From Callorhinchus milii (lineage: Eukaryota), in the NCBI RefSeq assembly GCF_018977255.1, contig NW_024704743.1, forward strand, positions 57,910,001 through 57,974,000: a stretch of DNA of 64,000 bases, in the 5' to 3' direction. Positions within the stretch are counted from its first letter, which is position 1; the number at the start of each line of letters is the position of its first letter. A program made the position numbers and the translations under genes. Below are positions 1 through 13,497 of this stretch, one piece after another. Below the pieces are notes generated by a model. It searched no databases. It saw only the letters and a program-made list of their open reading frames with translations, and was not told the origin of the DNA.

Positions 1-35
1 ACAATACAGACTCAGAAAATCAACCATGTGTGATA

Positions 36-186
36 TAATAACAATAATAATCCTTGCATTTGATATAGTGCCTTATCACGTCTTTGAGATGTGTCAAAGC
101 GCTTCACGGAATATACTGTAAAGTGAATTGACTGCATATTTTGTGGGAAAAATGCGGCAGCCACTTGTGTACAGCAGTGTCCCATA
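36..186 (-). mobile_element. SINE 3' fragment; similar tail fragments at ~2300-2442(-), 3930-4052(+), 6617-6700(-), 6865-6938(+), 41010-41198(+), 43125-43234(+), 44284-44440(+)
   Basis: aataataatccttgcatttgatatagtgccttatcacgtctttgaga tail repeated through the window. Confidence 0.88.
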
Positions 187-1711
187 TAAAGTATGCCAAG
201 GAATAGATTTTAAAGTTTAGTTTTGTTTTAAACCTAAGTGTTGTACAGTGACACCTCAGTGACTGATTGGTTTTGCCAAGGGCATCAACACAACTACATT
301 ACGTCAGTGATGTGTACAGAACTAAACAATATTTTATTTTAAATGTTAGATAGGATTTACAGGGCGCATTTTATTTTATTACATTTATTTTAAATGCATT
401 AACACATAGATGGAAAATACAGCTAGCCGGACTGGATCTCTCCCCTTCCCCACTGCTATTAGTAGGGTTAGAGGGGAATTGAGTGTAATCATTATTTCTC
501 AATGATTCACAACATAATTTTTAGTTCTCCCAGCACATTTAGTGGTAGCTTCTTGAATCAAAATATATTTTTAGTGAAGAGTATAAATTGTTTTGTTTTC
601 TTTTCCATCCTTTAAACATTTTGATTTAATCAGGAAAGCAAAAAGCCCAAAAGACATTCTCTTAAATTGAAGTAGTTATCTCCTCCTCCCCTCACTGGTT
701 TGTTACACAGATCAGAGATTTCCATAGATTAGAACTGCACCTTTCCAAGTAATAAAACTGCATACTATTATTTGAAGTTTGAAAGATAATTATCAACACT
801 GTGCTTAAATGGTAATATGATGCTTCTTGAAACAAAGGTTCATTAGCTTTGGTGGAATAGGTAAAAGGGAAAAGTGAGTAAGCAACATTACCAGCATTAA
901 AATAAATTAGACTTTGCACATAAGGTGAAGGAAAAGTCAGAGGGAGATAACATGAGTTGTCCTCAGAACATCAACATGCACATACTAGATTCATATCTAC
1001 TCACAAACAAAATAAGAAAATTCTGATCCATTGAAGTCTTTCATGGTACTCTTTTACTCTGCATTGTTATATTATAATAAAATCTATAAAACAATAAAGG
1101 AAACAAAATGAACCAAGAGATCGATAAGAAAAATATGGCAAGTTTATTCTTTGATAACAAACCAGGCTATTTTAGGAAAATGATCTTTCTTCAAGTTAAA
1201 AGAGCAATTTTGTTCATATTAGTAAAAGATTTACAATGAACTGCCAGTCCATAAGGAAGTTCATTCGCCAAAAACATAAATGTTGATTTCTAGGTCCCTC
1301 TAAAAATGGAGACCTTCATTAATTAATAAATCTGCTTGCTTGTGCTGTATATAAATTAGATTGTATATTTTGTCAAACAACCAGTGATGCCTATTCAGGT
1401 TCCTAAATGGCTAAGAAATGTTATTGTTTAATACAACTTGGAAGGCCATTGAGAGCGAGTGTCTGGGAGAGTGCATGTTGGACATAAGTAATCACAATCT
1501 CAGCAAAATTTGCTCAGAATAAAATGAACTTCAGTGTAAAACTGCCTGGAACTCAAAACAAAAATCTATGATACCCAATCTTCCACAAATACATTTAATA
1601 TACTGACACATCACAATGTGTACAGGTTAGACAACAGAAATAAAAGGCAAAAAAAATTAAGCTCTATTGTCAGATCAATGAATTAAGATCCCCAGGTCGG
1701 ATCCTGAAGAT

Positions 1712-2090
1712 TTACAAAGAATGACAGCATGGAAACAGGTCACTCGGCCCAACCAGTCCGTACCGCTATTTATACTCCACACGAGTCTCCAATCATTCCT
1801 TATTCCTGCCCATACCCTTCTATTCCCCTCTCCCTCATATAAAGGTCTACCTTCCTATCGAATGCATCTACACTATCTGATTCAACCACAACTTCAAGCA
1901 GCGAGTTCCACAATCTCATTATCCTCTGGTATCATTGCAGTAAACTAGTAAACCTACACTGTACTCTTACATCACTGCTATATCCTTTGTGTAGTGCGGA
2001 GATCAGAATTGAACACAATATTCCAAATGTGGTCTAATCAAGATTTTAAATACAACATCACCGCCTCACCTTTATATGCTATCCCTATGT
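1712..2090 (-). mobile_element. Decayed CR1-type 3' fragment
   Basis: acagcatggaaacaggtcactcggccc tail; cagaattgaacacaatattccaaatgtggtcta (reverse of RPHLEYCVQF). Confidence 0.7.
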
Positions 2091-2744
2091 ATTGCATTGG
2101 TCATTCTGAAGAATGTCATATGTAATTCTGGAGAATGGCTATTGTAATATCCAGTTTTTAAAAAGGGCACAATTTCTATCTCTACAGAATTCTTAAATAT
2201 AGCCTCAGTTATCTGCTCCTTAGTTTAGTACTGCATACAGTTCTGGTTGCTGAGACATAAAGGCCCTAGACACAGTGCAAAGGAGAGGAACAAGGATGTT
2301 AATAATAATTTGATGTAACGCCTTATGTCTTTGAGACGTCTCAAAGCGCTTTACAGAATATACTGTAATGTGTAGTGACTGTGTATTTTGTGAGCGAAAT
2401 GCGGCAGCCAATTGCATACAGCAGTATCCCACAAACAGTCATGTGAGCTGTGAACAACAATTAGATAAACTATGGCTATTCATCACTGAAGAGACATATC
2501 AGAGGGGTTCTGATAAACGTATATAAATAACTGATTTGAGAAAGTAAACACAACAATATTTTCGGATAGATGAACGGAGTAGAGTAAGAGGGCACAAGTT
2601 CAGGGTTGCAAGGGGCTGACACTGTTCAGAGGGTAATTAGCATTTGGAACAAGCTACCAGGAAGGTGTCTGAAGCCAGGAACTGGACTCGGTTAGGAAAC
2701 TGCTTTGGGTGTCAACATAGGCTTGAGGCCACAACCTTCTGGTT

Positions 2745-3118
2745 CCCACATCTGAGGCAGAAGGTTTGTGGGCTCAAGTCCATCTTGGGACTTTGAGCTC
2801 ATAGTTTAAGCTGACATCCCATGCAATGTTGGAGGTGCCATTATTTCTGATGAAACATTAAACCAAAATTCTGCCCATCTGATAAAGATTCCTTGGCACT
2901 ATTTGAAAAGTAAGGGAGTCTCCTCTGGCCAACAATCTCCCCCAATAAAATATTGTTCACTTCCTTCATGGCTGTTTGTGTGACTCTGCTGTCTGCAAAT
3001 TGCCTGTTGCACTAACCAAAAAAATACACAGAGTACACTTCACAGAAAATTCCGTGAAGTGCTTTGATATGTTGCAAAGAAAGTGATTAGACGCTATATC
3101 AAATGCAAGGATTATTAT
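2745..3118 (+). mobile_element. Older Deu-type SINE; further copies at ~5850-6030(+), 6203-6557(+), 10168-10825(+), 15115-15298(+), 20060-20360(+), 34700-35010(+), 53315-53630(-)
   Basis: Shared blocks gggctcaagtc..gactttgagctc, gatgaaacattaaacc, aaagatccc..ggcactatttgaaaag, plus the L2-type tail. Confidence 0.75.
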
Positions 3119-6100
3119 GCGGTAATGGAAGGATGAGAGTGAATATTCTGGAAGGTTGGGATCAAATGGGCTGAAGAGGCCTTTTCATCCGTCTGGCTCT
3201 TGAAAAATTTCAAACATTCAATACTTCTATTTTTACTCTCATCGGGAAAGAAGAATTATGTAATGCTCTGAAAATGATGCAAACATTGAAACATTTATTA
3301 TACTGTGTTTATGATCATATTTCAATGGCATGGTCAAAATATGTTCATGTGCCATAGTGTATTTTCACAGAATTTTGAGAGCAGCATTTTGTCTCTATTT
3401 ATAATTTTGTCCAAAACAAAAAAATGTTCTTTACTTCGGACATATATACTATTCAAGGCTGAAGTTTAAAATGTTGAGCCCTTTGTAACATACCCTCCCC
3501 ACTTCCTCCAAACCACCCAGCTGTTCAGCACTGATTCCACTGCAAACTATTATCATCAGTTCAAGAAACCAGCTTCCTTTGATACGATTGTTTTTTGTAG
3601 ACCTTGTCGCAACAAGGTCCCTTGATCTTATCAAAGCAACACTGAGCAGCTTTAATCATAGTTAAAATTGAGCAACCTGACACAAGGAATTTAGGTTAAG
3701 CAGATTTCAATCACTTAAAAGAGTGGTTATTGACTAATGTAATTTCGTTTGGATGTGACTGAACAGAATTGATTCTCTTTTGTACGAGGTGAATTTGCTT
3801 CCTGAAATGATTTGTATCAGTTTGATCCAATGCTTAACCTGTAGGAGCCCATCCTTGACAGCTTATTTTCTTGCTGTCCTCAAATCGGCTTTGCATAACA
3901 GTTACTATATCACAATGATAATAATCCTTGCAGCATTTCGCCCACAAATACACAGTCAATTCACTTTAGTTTATTCTGTGAAGGGCTTTGAGACATCTAG
4001 AAAATGTGGAAAGCGTTATATCAAACGCAAGGATTATTATTATTATTATTATTTGATATAGTGCCTTTCGTGTCTGGAGGAAGTCTCAAAGCACATCATA
4101 AGATTTACTATAACATGAAGTGACTGTATCTTGTATTATAATAAAAGCTATAATTAAAATTTATTACTATTAATATTCTAATCTAAGATTTCATCTAATC
4201 TGCTAAAAAAATTCTTCCTATAACTTGTACAACCAAACAAACTAAAGCAAATGTCACAACTTTACAATTGTCTGGCTAATCTCTTTATCAAATGAACTCA
4301 TAGCTCTTCCTTGGTTACAAGCTTCACCTGCGTCTGGCTTCATTGCTTGAGCTTATTTTACACCATGCACTGCTCACATAGGAGTAAACAATTATAATCA
4401 GACTAACCCAGGCCGACAATAAAACACCTGGAAATTGCTCTTTGGTGTCACTAAACGATGGAAATGTAGCAGCAATCACACCCGCTTCTTTTACAATTAA
4501 AAATAAGCTTTCAATTCTTAATGCTATGTGAATCTTAGACATCTATATGTACATACACTGACTTTAAAAATAATAAGTAAAAGAATTAAACAAAATTTGA
4601 AAAATAATAAAGTTTTACCGACAATCAGATTTGTAAAATGGCACTTTTCTTCCACAGTCCAGAAAACAATCAATTAGGTCAGGCAAACAGGCCTCTCTCT
4701 ATCAGTTTGTTGCTTCTGAAGTTCAGACCTGTTCTTCTCCCAAAGGCCTTGCCTAAATAAACAGTTTTGGAGGTCTTTGAGCATAATAAATCGTTGAGAA
4801 TCATTGAATCATTTTGGGAAGCGTCTTTGGACTTGTCCAATTCACGTTGTGAAGGAATTTTGCCATTATCCGGGACCATGACAATAGCACATATTAAGTC
4901 TTTAGGAGATTAACAGGAGTGTGAACAATTTGAAAAACAATGTTTTTAACACATACACACAAACACTGGTTTGACAGCTTTTCGATTTTAACATATTGTC
5001 ACAGCAAAAGTTTGGATATAACCAGGCCAAGGAGTTTGAATCTGATGCAGCCTATTACTTTAAATGATTTGCCTCAGTTGGCTGACTTTCATCAGTTCTC
5101 AGCTAGGTCACCAGAGAAATGTGACTTAAATCAAATGCTCATGTGTAATCTGCCTACTTTTTTGGCAGTGCAGCATTTTGTTATGAAAAAGATCTTTCAT
5201 CAACACTTTAAATACTCCTGAATGAATATTCTCATTACAAATTCCATGTGAACTGAAACAGAAGCCCATACTATTTGTGGTAATAAGCAAATTCACGTTG
5301 CATAGCCAAGCTAAGAGCATGATCATTTAAAATAATTCTGGAGCAAAATGATTTCCTTACTGAGGGTTAAATTCTTTTAATCATTTCAGTTTTCTTCACA
5401 ATGATAGTTTTTAAGAAGTCAAGACAATAGGAAAGATTTGTCGGGATAAGCATAAGAATAATTAATGCAAAAGTGTAATAAACTAAACATCACACTCAAG
5501 CATATGAACATAAATGAATATAGTAAATGTGAGAATTCTCAACCTTTCAGCGTTGTTTGAAGGATGGGTTGCCCTCCCTGTCTAATAATAATAATCCTTT
5601 CATTTGATAATCACCTTATCACATTTTCAAGATGTCTCAAAGATATGTGTGGGTCTAATTTTATCTGATTATCAGGACCAAACTGCAGCCCAAACCAACC
5701 TCCTTACATTTCTGTAAAAACATAAACAAAATGTAATTGATGATTCAATGTGGCCATCATTTTCACAGCATTACATAGTTCTTTCCCGATGAGAGTTAAA
5801 ACAGAAGTATCGAATGTTTGGAATTTACATGATCGCAAGAGCTGTTCGGATGAAAAAGCCAAAAAGTCAGGACATGGAACTGATATAGTCTAAGCTGACA
5901 TTCCAATGCAGTACTGGAGGTGTGCTGTATTGTTGGAAGTGTCATCCTTCGGATCGTTAACATCCCACTATCCAAGTGGATGTTAATGATCGCATATACA
6001 ATTCCGACAATCCCCAATAAAATAATTTGGGCCTGCCCCATTATGGGTAAAGAAAGAGACCATTTAATGAGTCCATATAGTAAATATAGATTGCCTACAC

Positions 6101-9100
6101 TGATAACCAGTCTTCTTACAATACAAAATTACAATAGTATAGCACCTTTCACGTCGGAAGGACGTCCCAAGTCACTGGACAGTCAGAAGAAGGTATTGGC
6201 TCTTTAGCCTGGCTCAGTTGGTTATCAATTATTGAAGTTGACACTTCAATAGATTGCTGTGGACGTTGGACGTGCTGTCCTTCAGATGATACATTATGTT
6301 CAACCAAAGTCCTGTCTGTGCAGGTGGATGTTAAAGATCCGATGTCACTATTCAAAAAGAGAAGAGAATTTCTCCCGGTGTCCTGGCCAACAATCCTCCA
6401 ATAAAATTAGTAGTTCACTTCATGCTAGTTTGTGAGACGTTGCTGTGTGCAACTTAGCTACCACATTTGTCCACAAAATACACAATTTACAGTATATCTT
6501 ATGAAGCACTTTGCGACATCCTTCCGATATGAAAAGTGTAAGATGTAAGAATTATTCTTAAAACAAGTAATTTTTGTTTGCCAATCACTTCACTTCCACA
6601 TTGGTGCTGCAAAAATTAATAATAATCCATGCATTTGATATAGTACCTTATGACATCTTCAAGACATCTCAAAGCTCTTCACAGAATATACTGTAAAGTA
6701 TGTTTTACTGTATAAATATATTTAATGAGTCAGCATAGTAAATATGGATTCCCTACAGTGATTACCAAAGTCTTCCTCTATCAGAAGGTATGGCTCTTTA
6801 GCCAGGCTCAGATTGTATATTTTGTGGATGAAATACAAGTGATGAGTTTGAGATAGAAATAAATGTCTGTGTAGCGCTTTGAGACATCTCGAAGCCGTGA
6901 TAAGGCACTATATCAAATGCAAGGCTTATTATTATTATAAGTGGAAATGCAGCTGGTCGGTCAGACTACCCTTTTACTGTGGTCTAGTTTTATATCTTTA
7001 ATATTTTAGTAATATCATATTGGACTTGCTTTATTATTGTAATATTCATGTATTTTAGTGCATCTGTTCACAAGTTGGAAACAAAATTGATCAGTCAAAG
7101 AAGACAGGTTTTTCCATGGATCTATCATAAGTCTTGAATCTTATTATGGTACCAGATGCTAAAAACAATGTGATATTTTTAATAAACTGAAGCTATTCAA
7201 AATAATAGCCCTCCCCTTCTCTTTTAATCTAGGCCAACTGTATAAGAGGAAGAGTTAACTCCAATATAATGCAGTTATATTACTGTAAATGGACTATCCA
7301 CTGTCTAGAAATCTAAATACAGTAGATTATTTCTAAATAATCTATAATCCAACATGTTAGCATTTTAAGTAATTTTAACAGAATAACTTGATTTTAGGTA
7401 TTAGGATTCTGTACTTCCAGGTGTCAAAAGAAAATCTTGTTCAAAGAGACTGAAGCTCCAGATCTAATCTTTGCTAGATGTACTATTGCTTCCTGAATCT
7501 GCTGTCCTTACAAGCTTCTGAAGTTCACACATTATAGTATTCCTTTAATATATGAAGAGCTGACAAAGTAAGAACTGCTATTGTTAGGAAAAAATAATGA
7601 TTTAATCAACTCCTATTACAGAATGGATTAAGACGTTTCTCGGGTGATCTTTTCTACTTCTGGATTTCAAAAGCACATTTGCACTAAAGCATTCTCTCAC
7701 AGAGAAATTTACAATAGTAACTAAATGTGTGTAAGGACGTGGTCATCATCACACTCATGGCAGACAGAAACAAGAGAACAGAAGACAAAAGTGAAAACTG
7801 AGCATTTTAGAAAAATCAGCAGATTAACTTAATTGTTATTATCCACCCCATGCTTCATCTAGATATACTTTATCCTTTCTTCCTGAGAAAAACATTGCCC
7901 ATGCCATTAGCAGAAGAAAAAAATGAGCTGTCAAGTGAGTTGTATACATCTCAGAGGAACTGGCCACACTTTTCAAGGCTAATCCTGTAAAGTGTGCTTC
8001 AACCAGCTGGACAGCTTATTATCTCTGAGAAAAAATCCACAGCATTTAAGGAGAAGCATGCGGCAGGCTATCACTGAATAATTATTTTGCTAAACTTTTC
8101 AAATTCTTTGCGTGAATTGCAGACACACATCTGTGCTGTGTACCTGCTCTATACTGCTGTGGTTTCATTCTCTGTAAAATTCAGTGAAGTGAACAGATCT
8201 GACCTTGTATCAAACATAATCACATTTTGATCATTCTTTCACATTTATCTTTACCATTATACATCACAACTGGTGAGCAAAAGTGAGATGAGACATGTAT
8301 ATGTTGACCAGTTAATGGATTTGATCTCCTGTCTTCCAATGAGCGGTAACATATTTTAGATGTATATTTTTTTTGGACTGTGACTACTATACAAGGGGTT
8401 GATGTAAATTAGCCTCAAAGAATTAGGTGCCTGAAAGAATGGAGCTCCCAAATAATGGAGATTTGGGTTAAAAATCCAGGCAGCTGATTCACTATTTTGT
8501 TTAAAGTCTGAACCGGAATGCTTGGTACACCTTGCCTACATCTGCCATTTTATTTTCCTTTTATTGCAACGAAGAGACTTAACAAAACCCAACACTATCA
8601 CAAAAATTTTTTTCATTGTTTTATATAAAAAGTTTTATAGAAAGCAGGTTCATTGTGGGAACAAATAGTGCTCCTTCAGCATAATTTCAACCAGGTTTGC
8701 GGCCCACCTGAGAGTACTTTATTATTCTTTTAAGCCTGCTGGCCATTATTTCCACCAGAAACATTGTGGTAGATAAAAGAATTTGACATTTAACAGGAAT
8801 GTGTGGCTCAGAAATAGTCCATATCAATGGGATGATTGTGGTGTCAAACATTGAGACAACTTAACATCACCACCGTTAAATTTCTACTTTACAAAAGCAT
8901 TTGAAGGTTGACATTTCCCATAGATTTAGCCTTTATTTATTATTATTTTTAAAATTTTAAAATTCAGTCTTAATTTGTTAGGAGGCTTAGAGATAAAGCC
9001 TGAATTTAAAAAAAAATTTAATTCTGCCTGATCTTTAAGACGAGTTTGCCTTCCGTCTTAAGGCTAAATAACTGAAATTATGGTCGTCAAATGTCATAAC

Positions 9101-10080
9101 AGGGCAGCTGCTCTCTCCGTCCCTTAAATACATGGTGATTATCACAATGTCTAATAAGTCTTAAACATTTGATGATATATATTTTTTAAGATAATAGGAG
9201 AGCTTCACGACTTTTTGGTCACCCTGTACATACTCAAATCCTGAAAAGGGTAATGTGCAAACGTTTAAGCCTTTTGGGTTTACATATACTAGTTTCTGAG
9301 AAATCAAAGTCCTAAAGTAAAGGCTAGTGAAGGAATCTGGGCTCGGAAAAGCAAATTGTTCTGATCAGAGTACTGTACCTGAACCAGCTTGAACTGTGAC
9401 TACCAATGGGGAAAATAGTTCCATAGGCAAGAAGCATAGCGTGCACAAATCAAAATGATTGTAAACAAGTTATATTTGTGCATACCGTTTAAACTGAAGA
9501 GAACTTTTGCATAGTAATCAGTACTTTCAATGAAGTTTACCTGATCCTAATGTGGGAATACCTTTTAAAAGCATGTGCACATAAATGTTAAAACAAGCAT
9601 CTTTCTTATCTACTAACTGTGATATAACTTCAAACAACCTTTGCTCTATTTCAACTATAACAACCCGCTCATAATACAATATGATTCAAATGTTACAAAA
9701 GAGTGTTGAGACAATAGGATAACTTGGGAGTTTTTACCTCCAGCAATTAACTATGCTTTCTTCTCCCCTCTAAAAGTGGTTTCCTTCCAAAGGGCAGAAG
9801 TTCATACTAAATATAGGCTACACATACTAGAAATGGTACACTAATGAGAGATACTTGTAAAAAATAAACACTAAAGACTCATTTGAATCTATGCTTAACA
9901 GTCTGGAACTTACTTTGGATTTGCCTCTGCAATGACCTTTCCATGTTGACCATTTGCAAGACTTACAAGATGTAGAGAAAATAAAGCAAACATTTAAAAC
10001 TGTGTCCTAATACATTTCATTATTTAATTTAGAGTTAGACTGATTTTATCACATTGTCAAAACCACTACGTAAACTTATA

Positions 10081-10133
10081 TATGTCCATTATATTTGTAT
10101 TTTACATGTCCATTATATTTGTATTTATATGTC
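10081..10133. repeat. 24-bp unit, two copies
   Basis: atgtccattatatttgtattt repeated. Confidence 0.85.
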
Positions 10134-10429
10134 TCTGATGGCTAATGGGGTAGAAAATATTATACTAGATGCTAGCTTGGCTCACTTGGTAGGACTCTTG
10201 TGTCTGAGTCAAAATTGTGGGTTCAAGAGCCATTTGGGGACTTTGAGCTCTTGGTCTAAGATGGTATTCAAATGTTGTACCAGAATAGCACTTTAATGTC
10301 TTGCAGTGGGCTGTCCTTTGCATAAGATATCAGTTCAGGCGAGTTAAAAGATCCCATGATATCATTTGAGAAGAGAGTTTTGCCCAGTGTCCCGACCAAC
10401 AATCCTTCAGCTAAATTGATTATTTGGTT

Positions 10430-10672
10430 CACAACAACAACAACAAAACTACATTTGTAAAGCGCATTTCACATCGGGACGATGTCCCAAGGCGCTAAAC
10501 AGTCAGGGATCAGGACCCGAGTGTGGGGGGCAGGGTTGGCGTGAGGGAGGGCAGAGAGGTAGGAGGGTGGCTGAAGGCACAGTCAAAAAGGAGGGTCTTG
10601 AGTCGTGCCTTGAAGGAGGCAAGAGAAGCAGCAAGTCGAAGAGATAGTGGGATGGAGTTCCAAAGAGTTGTT
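10430..10672 (-). mobile_element. L2 3' fragment inserted in a Deu-type SINE
   Basis: (caa)n-ctacatttgtaaagcgcatttcacatcggg tail; SINE sequence resumes at ~10673. Confidence 0.8.
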
Positions 10673-10958
10673 CACGGTTGTTTGTGGGATCTTGCTGTGC
10701 AGAAATTGGTTCCTGCAATTGCCTACAAATACACACCCATTGGGTGCAAATGTACAATTAATTGTGAAGTACTGTGAAAAATATTGATGTTACAGCACCT
10801 ATATGAAATGTAATAATTATTATGTTGATTTATTTGCCCATGTGAAACTTAGGAGAAACTGAAGTATAATATTTTCTTCATATATCTGTATAAAAGATCA
10901 GTAAAGCTTACAACTAATTGATCATTGTAGCCCATCCAGAATTCAGTCTTCCATAACA

Positions 10959-11077
10959 CAGGATGACCAAAACATTGTGATACAATTGCAATATCTAATA
11001 AGTCTTAAAGAAATGCTGATATTTTTTGTTCTTTTTTAAGAGAATAGGATAGTTATCACAACTTTTTGGTCACACTG
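10959..11077. mobile_element. Tc1/mariner-like MITE (~119 bp); a second copy with a deleted left TIR lies at 9131-9226
   Basis: Imperfect 24-bp TIRs CAGGATGACCAAAACATTGTGATA / TATCACAACTTTTTGGTCACACTG followed by TA; both copies share tctaataagtcttaaa and tttttaag..aatagga. Confidence 0.7.
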
Positions 11078-11499
11078 TAGAAAGGGCAAGCCAAAATTAA
11101 CCATTGGATTGAAATAAAAAGACAAAAACTGTTAGAAAATAAATTTGAGCTCCCACAACCTTATTACTCAAAATTCCAGACACCCTTCATAAATCATCAT
11201 AGGATGTCTCCAATAATAGACCAAAACACAAGCCTCGTGAATGCACTTTATTGACACTTTTATTGTATTTCTTGAGATCTCAAGTTACGTTCTCATACAA
11301 CCTTGTATATGCTGCAACAATCATTAATTTAGTTATTAATGCCAAAATGTATTTTAGTGTATTTAATACAATTAGATATTTAAATCATCTTTGTCTAATA
11401 AGTTAGAATCTTGGCTGCCTGCACAGTATTTCAATGCTCAGTATTGACACTCAGGTTTATTTATTTAGGGAGGGGGAGGAAAAAGAGATAATATCTTCT

Positions 11500-12160
11500 G
11501 TGTCAGAACTGGAACAAGACTAAAACAGGAGCAGTGGACAAAAAACATAGAAGGCATTCAGCGCATCAAGTCTGGTCCCTCCAGATAGTATATAATCTAC
11601 TCAATTTGGATGCAATTCAGCTTTATTCTTGTGAGAAAGCTTCAGTTGAAATATTTCCCCATTTCCAAAAAGTAATCGAACATACTGAATATATATCCAT
11701 CCTCACATCGCTATTATTCAACCCTGTTCCACAAAGGCAAATTAAATCCTGTCCTTAAGTAAAACACTTATGCAACCTTTGTGCCAGACTCAATCAGTAC
11801 ATCATCAGCTGCTTCTGTTGGAAGTCTGTTCCTCATATCCACTACAATGTTGAAAATTACGTGCTCCAATCTCTAGTCTTGGCATGCTGTACCTGTGTCT
11901 GACTCTGAACTCATCATGCAAATTAAATAGTTTGCTTACATTGACATCATCAATATTTCTTTGCATTTTGGAAACCTCTGAAAAGAAGCTCGTTTGTGCA
12001 AGTCTGTTCCCAAAAGTTAGAACTCCAAATCCTAAAAGAATCAGTCAGTCTTCTTTCAACCTTTTTCCAATAAAGATTTTTTTAAAAAAACAGTGGAATG
12101 ACCAAAACAGCACACAATGTCCAAATGAGATCTCACCAGGTATATTAAGTTGACCTGCAG
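11500..12160 (-). mobile_element. Old decayed CR1-type fragment
   Basis: Tail-like aggcattcagcgcatcaagtctggtcc; gaccaaaacagcacacaatgtccaaatgag (reverse of [13 protein letters not shown]). Confidence 0.6.
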
Positions 12161-12164
12161 TCAA

Positions 12165-13497
12165 CTATCCCACTAAGAAAGTGTTGTTGCCAACCAACTT
12201 CATGCACACCTCTCCTCCCACTCCCTCTTTGAATCCCTCCAGTCCAATTTCCGCCCTGTCCACAGTACAGAGACTGCGCTTGTGAAAGTCTGTGACCAGG
12301 GCTCCTTCTGCCTCCTTGTCCTCCTGGACCTCTCCGGGCGTTCGACACAGTCGATCACGTCATCCTCCTCCCCCGCCTTTCCTCTGTCATCCACCTCAGT
12401 GGGACCGCACTCGCCTGGTTTGAGTCCTACCTCACAAACCGCCAGCAGTACATCTGCACAAATGGCTTCTCCTCCCGCTCTCACCCGGTCACCTGGGAGG
12501 TACCCCAAGGATCCATCCTTGGCCCCCACCTCTTTCTGATCTACATGCTACCTTTTGGGGATGTCATCCGCAGACATGGGGTACACTTCCACAAGTATGC
12601 AGACGACACCCAACTATATTTTTCCACCTCTCTTTGCGACCCCCTGTCAGACCTCAGGGGCTGGATGAGCGCAAATTTCCTTCAGCTGAATGTTGACAAG
12701 ACAGAAGCCATACTCTTCAACGTCTAAAATCTCATGGCTCTCACCTCCTCCACCTGCCCGACCTCCCCCTAAAACTCTCCGAACCCGTACCCAACCTAGG
12801 CGTCAGGTTCGACACCCAATTATCCTTCCTCCCCCACATCCGGTCCCTCACCATCACTGCTTTCTTCCATCTCCGACGCATCACCCGTCTCCGGCAATAT
12901 CTCACTCCAAAAGCCGCTCCAAAAGCCTGGTCCATGCCTTTGTCACTTCTCGGCTGGACTACTTTAACGCTCTCCTCGCCGGTCTCCCATCCACTACCAT
13001 CCATAAAATCAAAATCATTCAAAACTCAGCCGCCCGCATTCTCACCTGCACCAAACTCCGCTCCCCGATCACCCCAGTCCTTGCCAGACTGCACTGGCTG
13101 CCTGTCCCAGAAGGATCGATTTCAAGATCCTCACCCTTGTCCCTCCACTCCTCTGCACACCCCTACCTCTCTGACTTCCTCTCTCCTCAAAACAGTACCG
13201 TTTGCCTTCGTTCTTCCGGGTCTGGCCTCCTCCTCGTCCCCCGAGTCCTCCGCTCCACCCTCTGCGGCCGTGCCTTCAGCCCACTATGCCCCGATGCTCT
13301 GGAACTGCCTTCCACATTCCCTTCGTCTCGCTCCCTCCCTTCCTATTTTCAGGTCTCTGCTGAAGACCTTTCTTTTCGACCGCGCCTTTGGTCACCTTCC
13401 TCCCCCTCCCCCTGGCTCGGCCCCGGGATCCATTACTGTGAAGCGCTCTGAGACGCCATCCGGTGTGGAGGGCGCTATATAAATCCAAGTTGTTGTT
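12165..13497 (+). mobile_element. L2-clade LINE, 5'-truncated and frameshifted (RT C-terminal part plus 3' tail)
   Basis: [65 protein letters not shown]; tail gcgctatataaatccaagttgttgtt. Confidence 0.93.

Noticed and set aside
4679..4879. 66-aa ORF as an independent gene
   Set aside because: No recognisable homology or supported splice structure; length is within chance expectation
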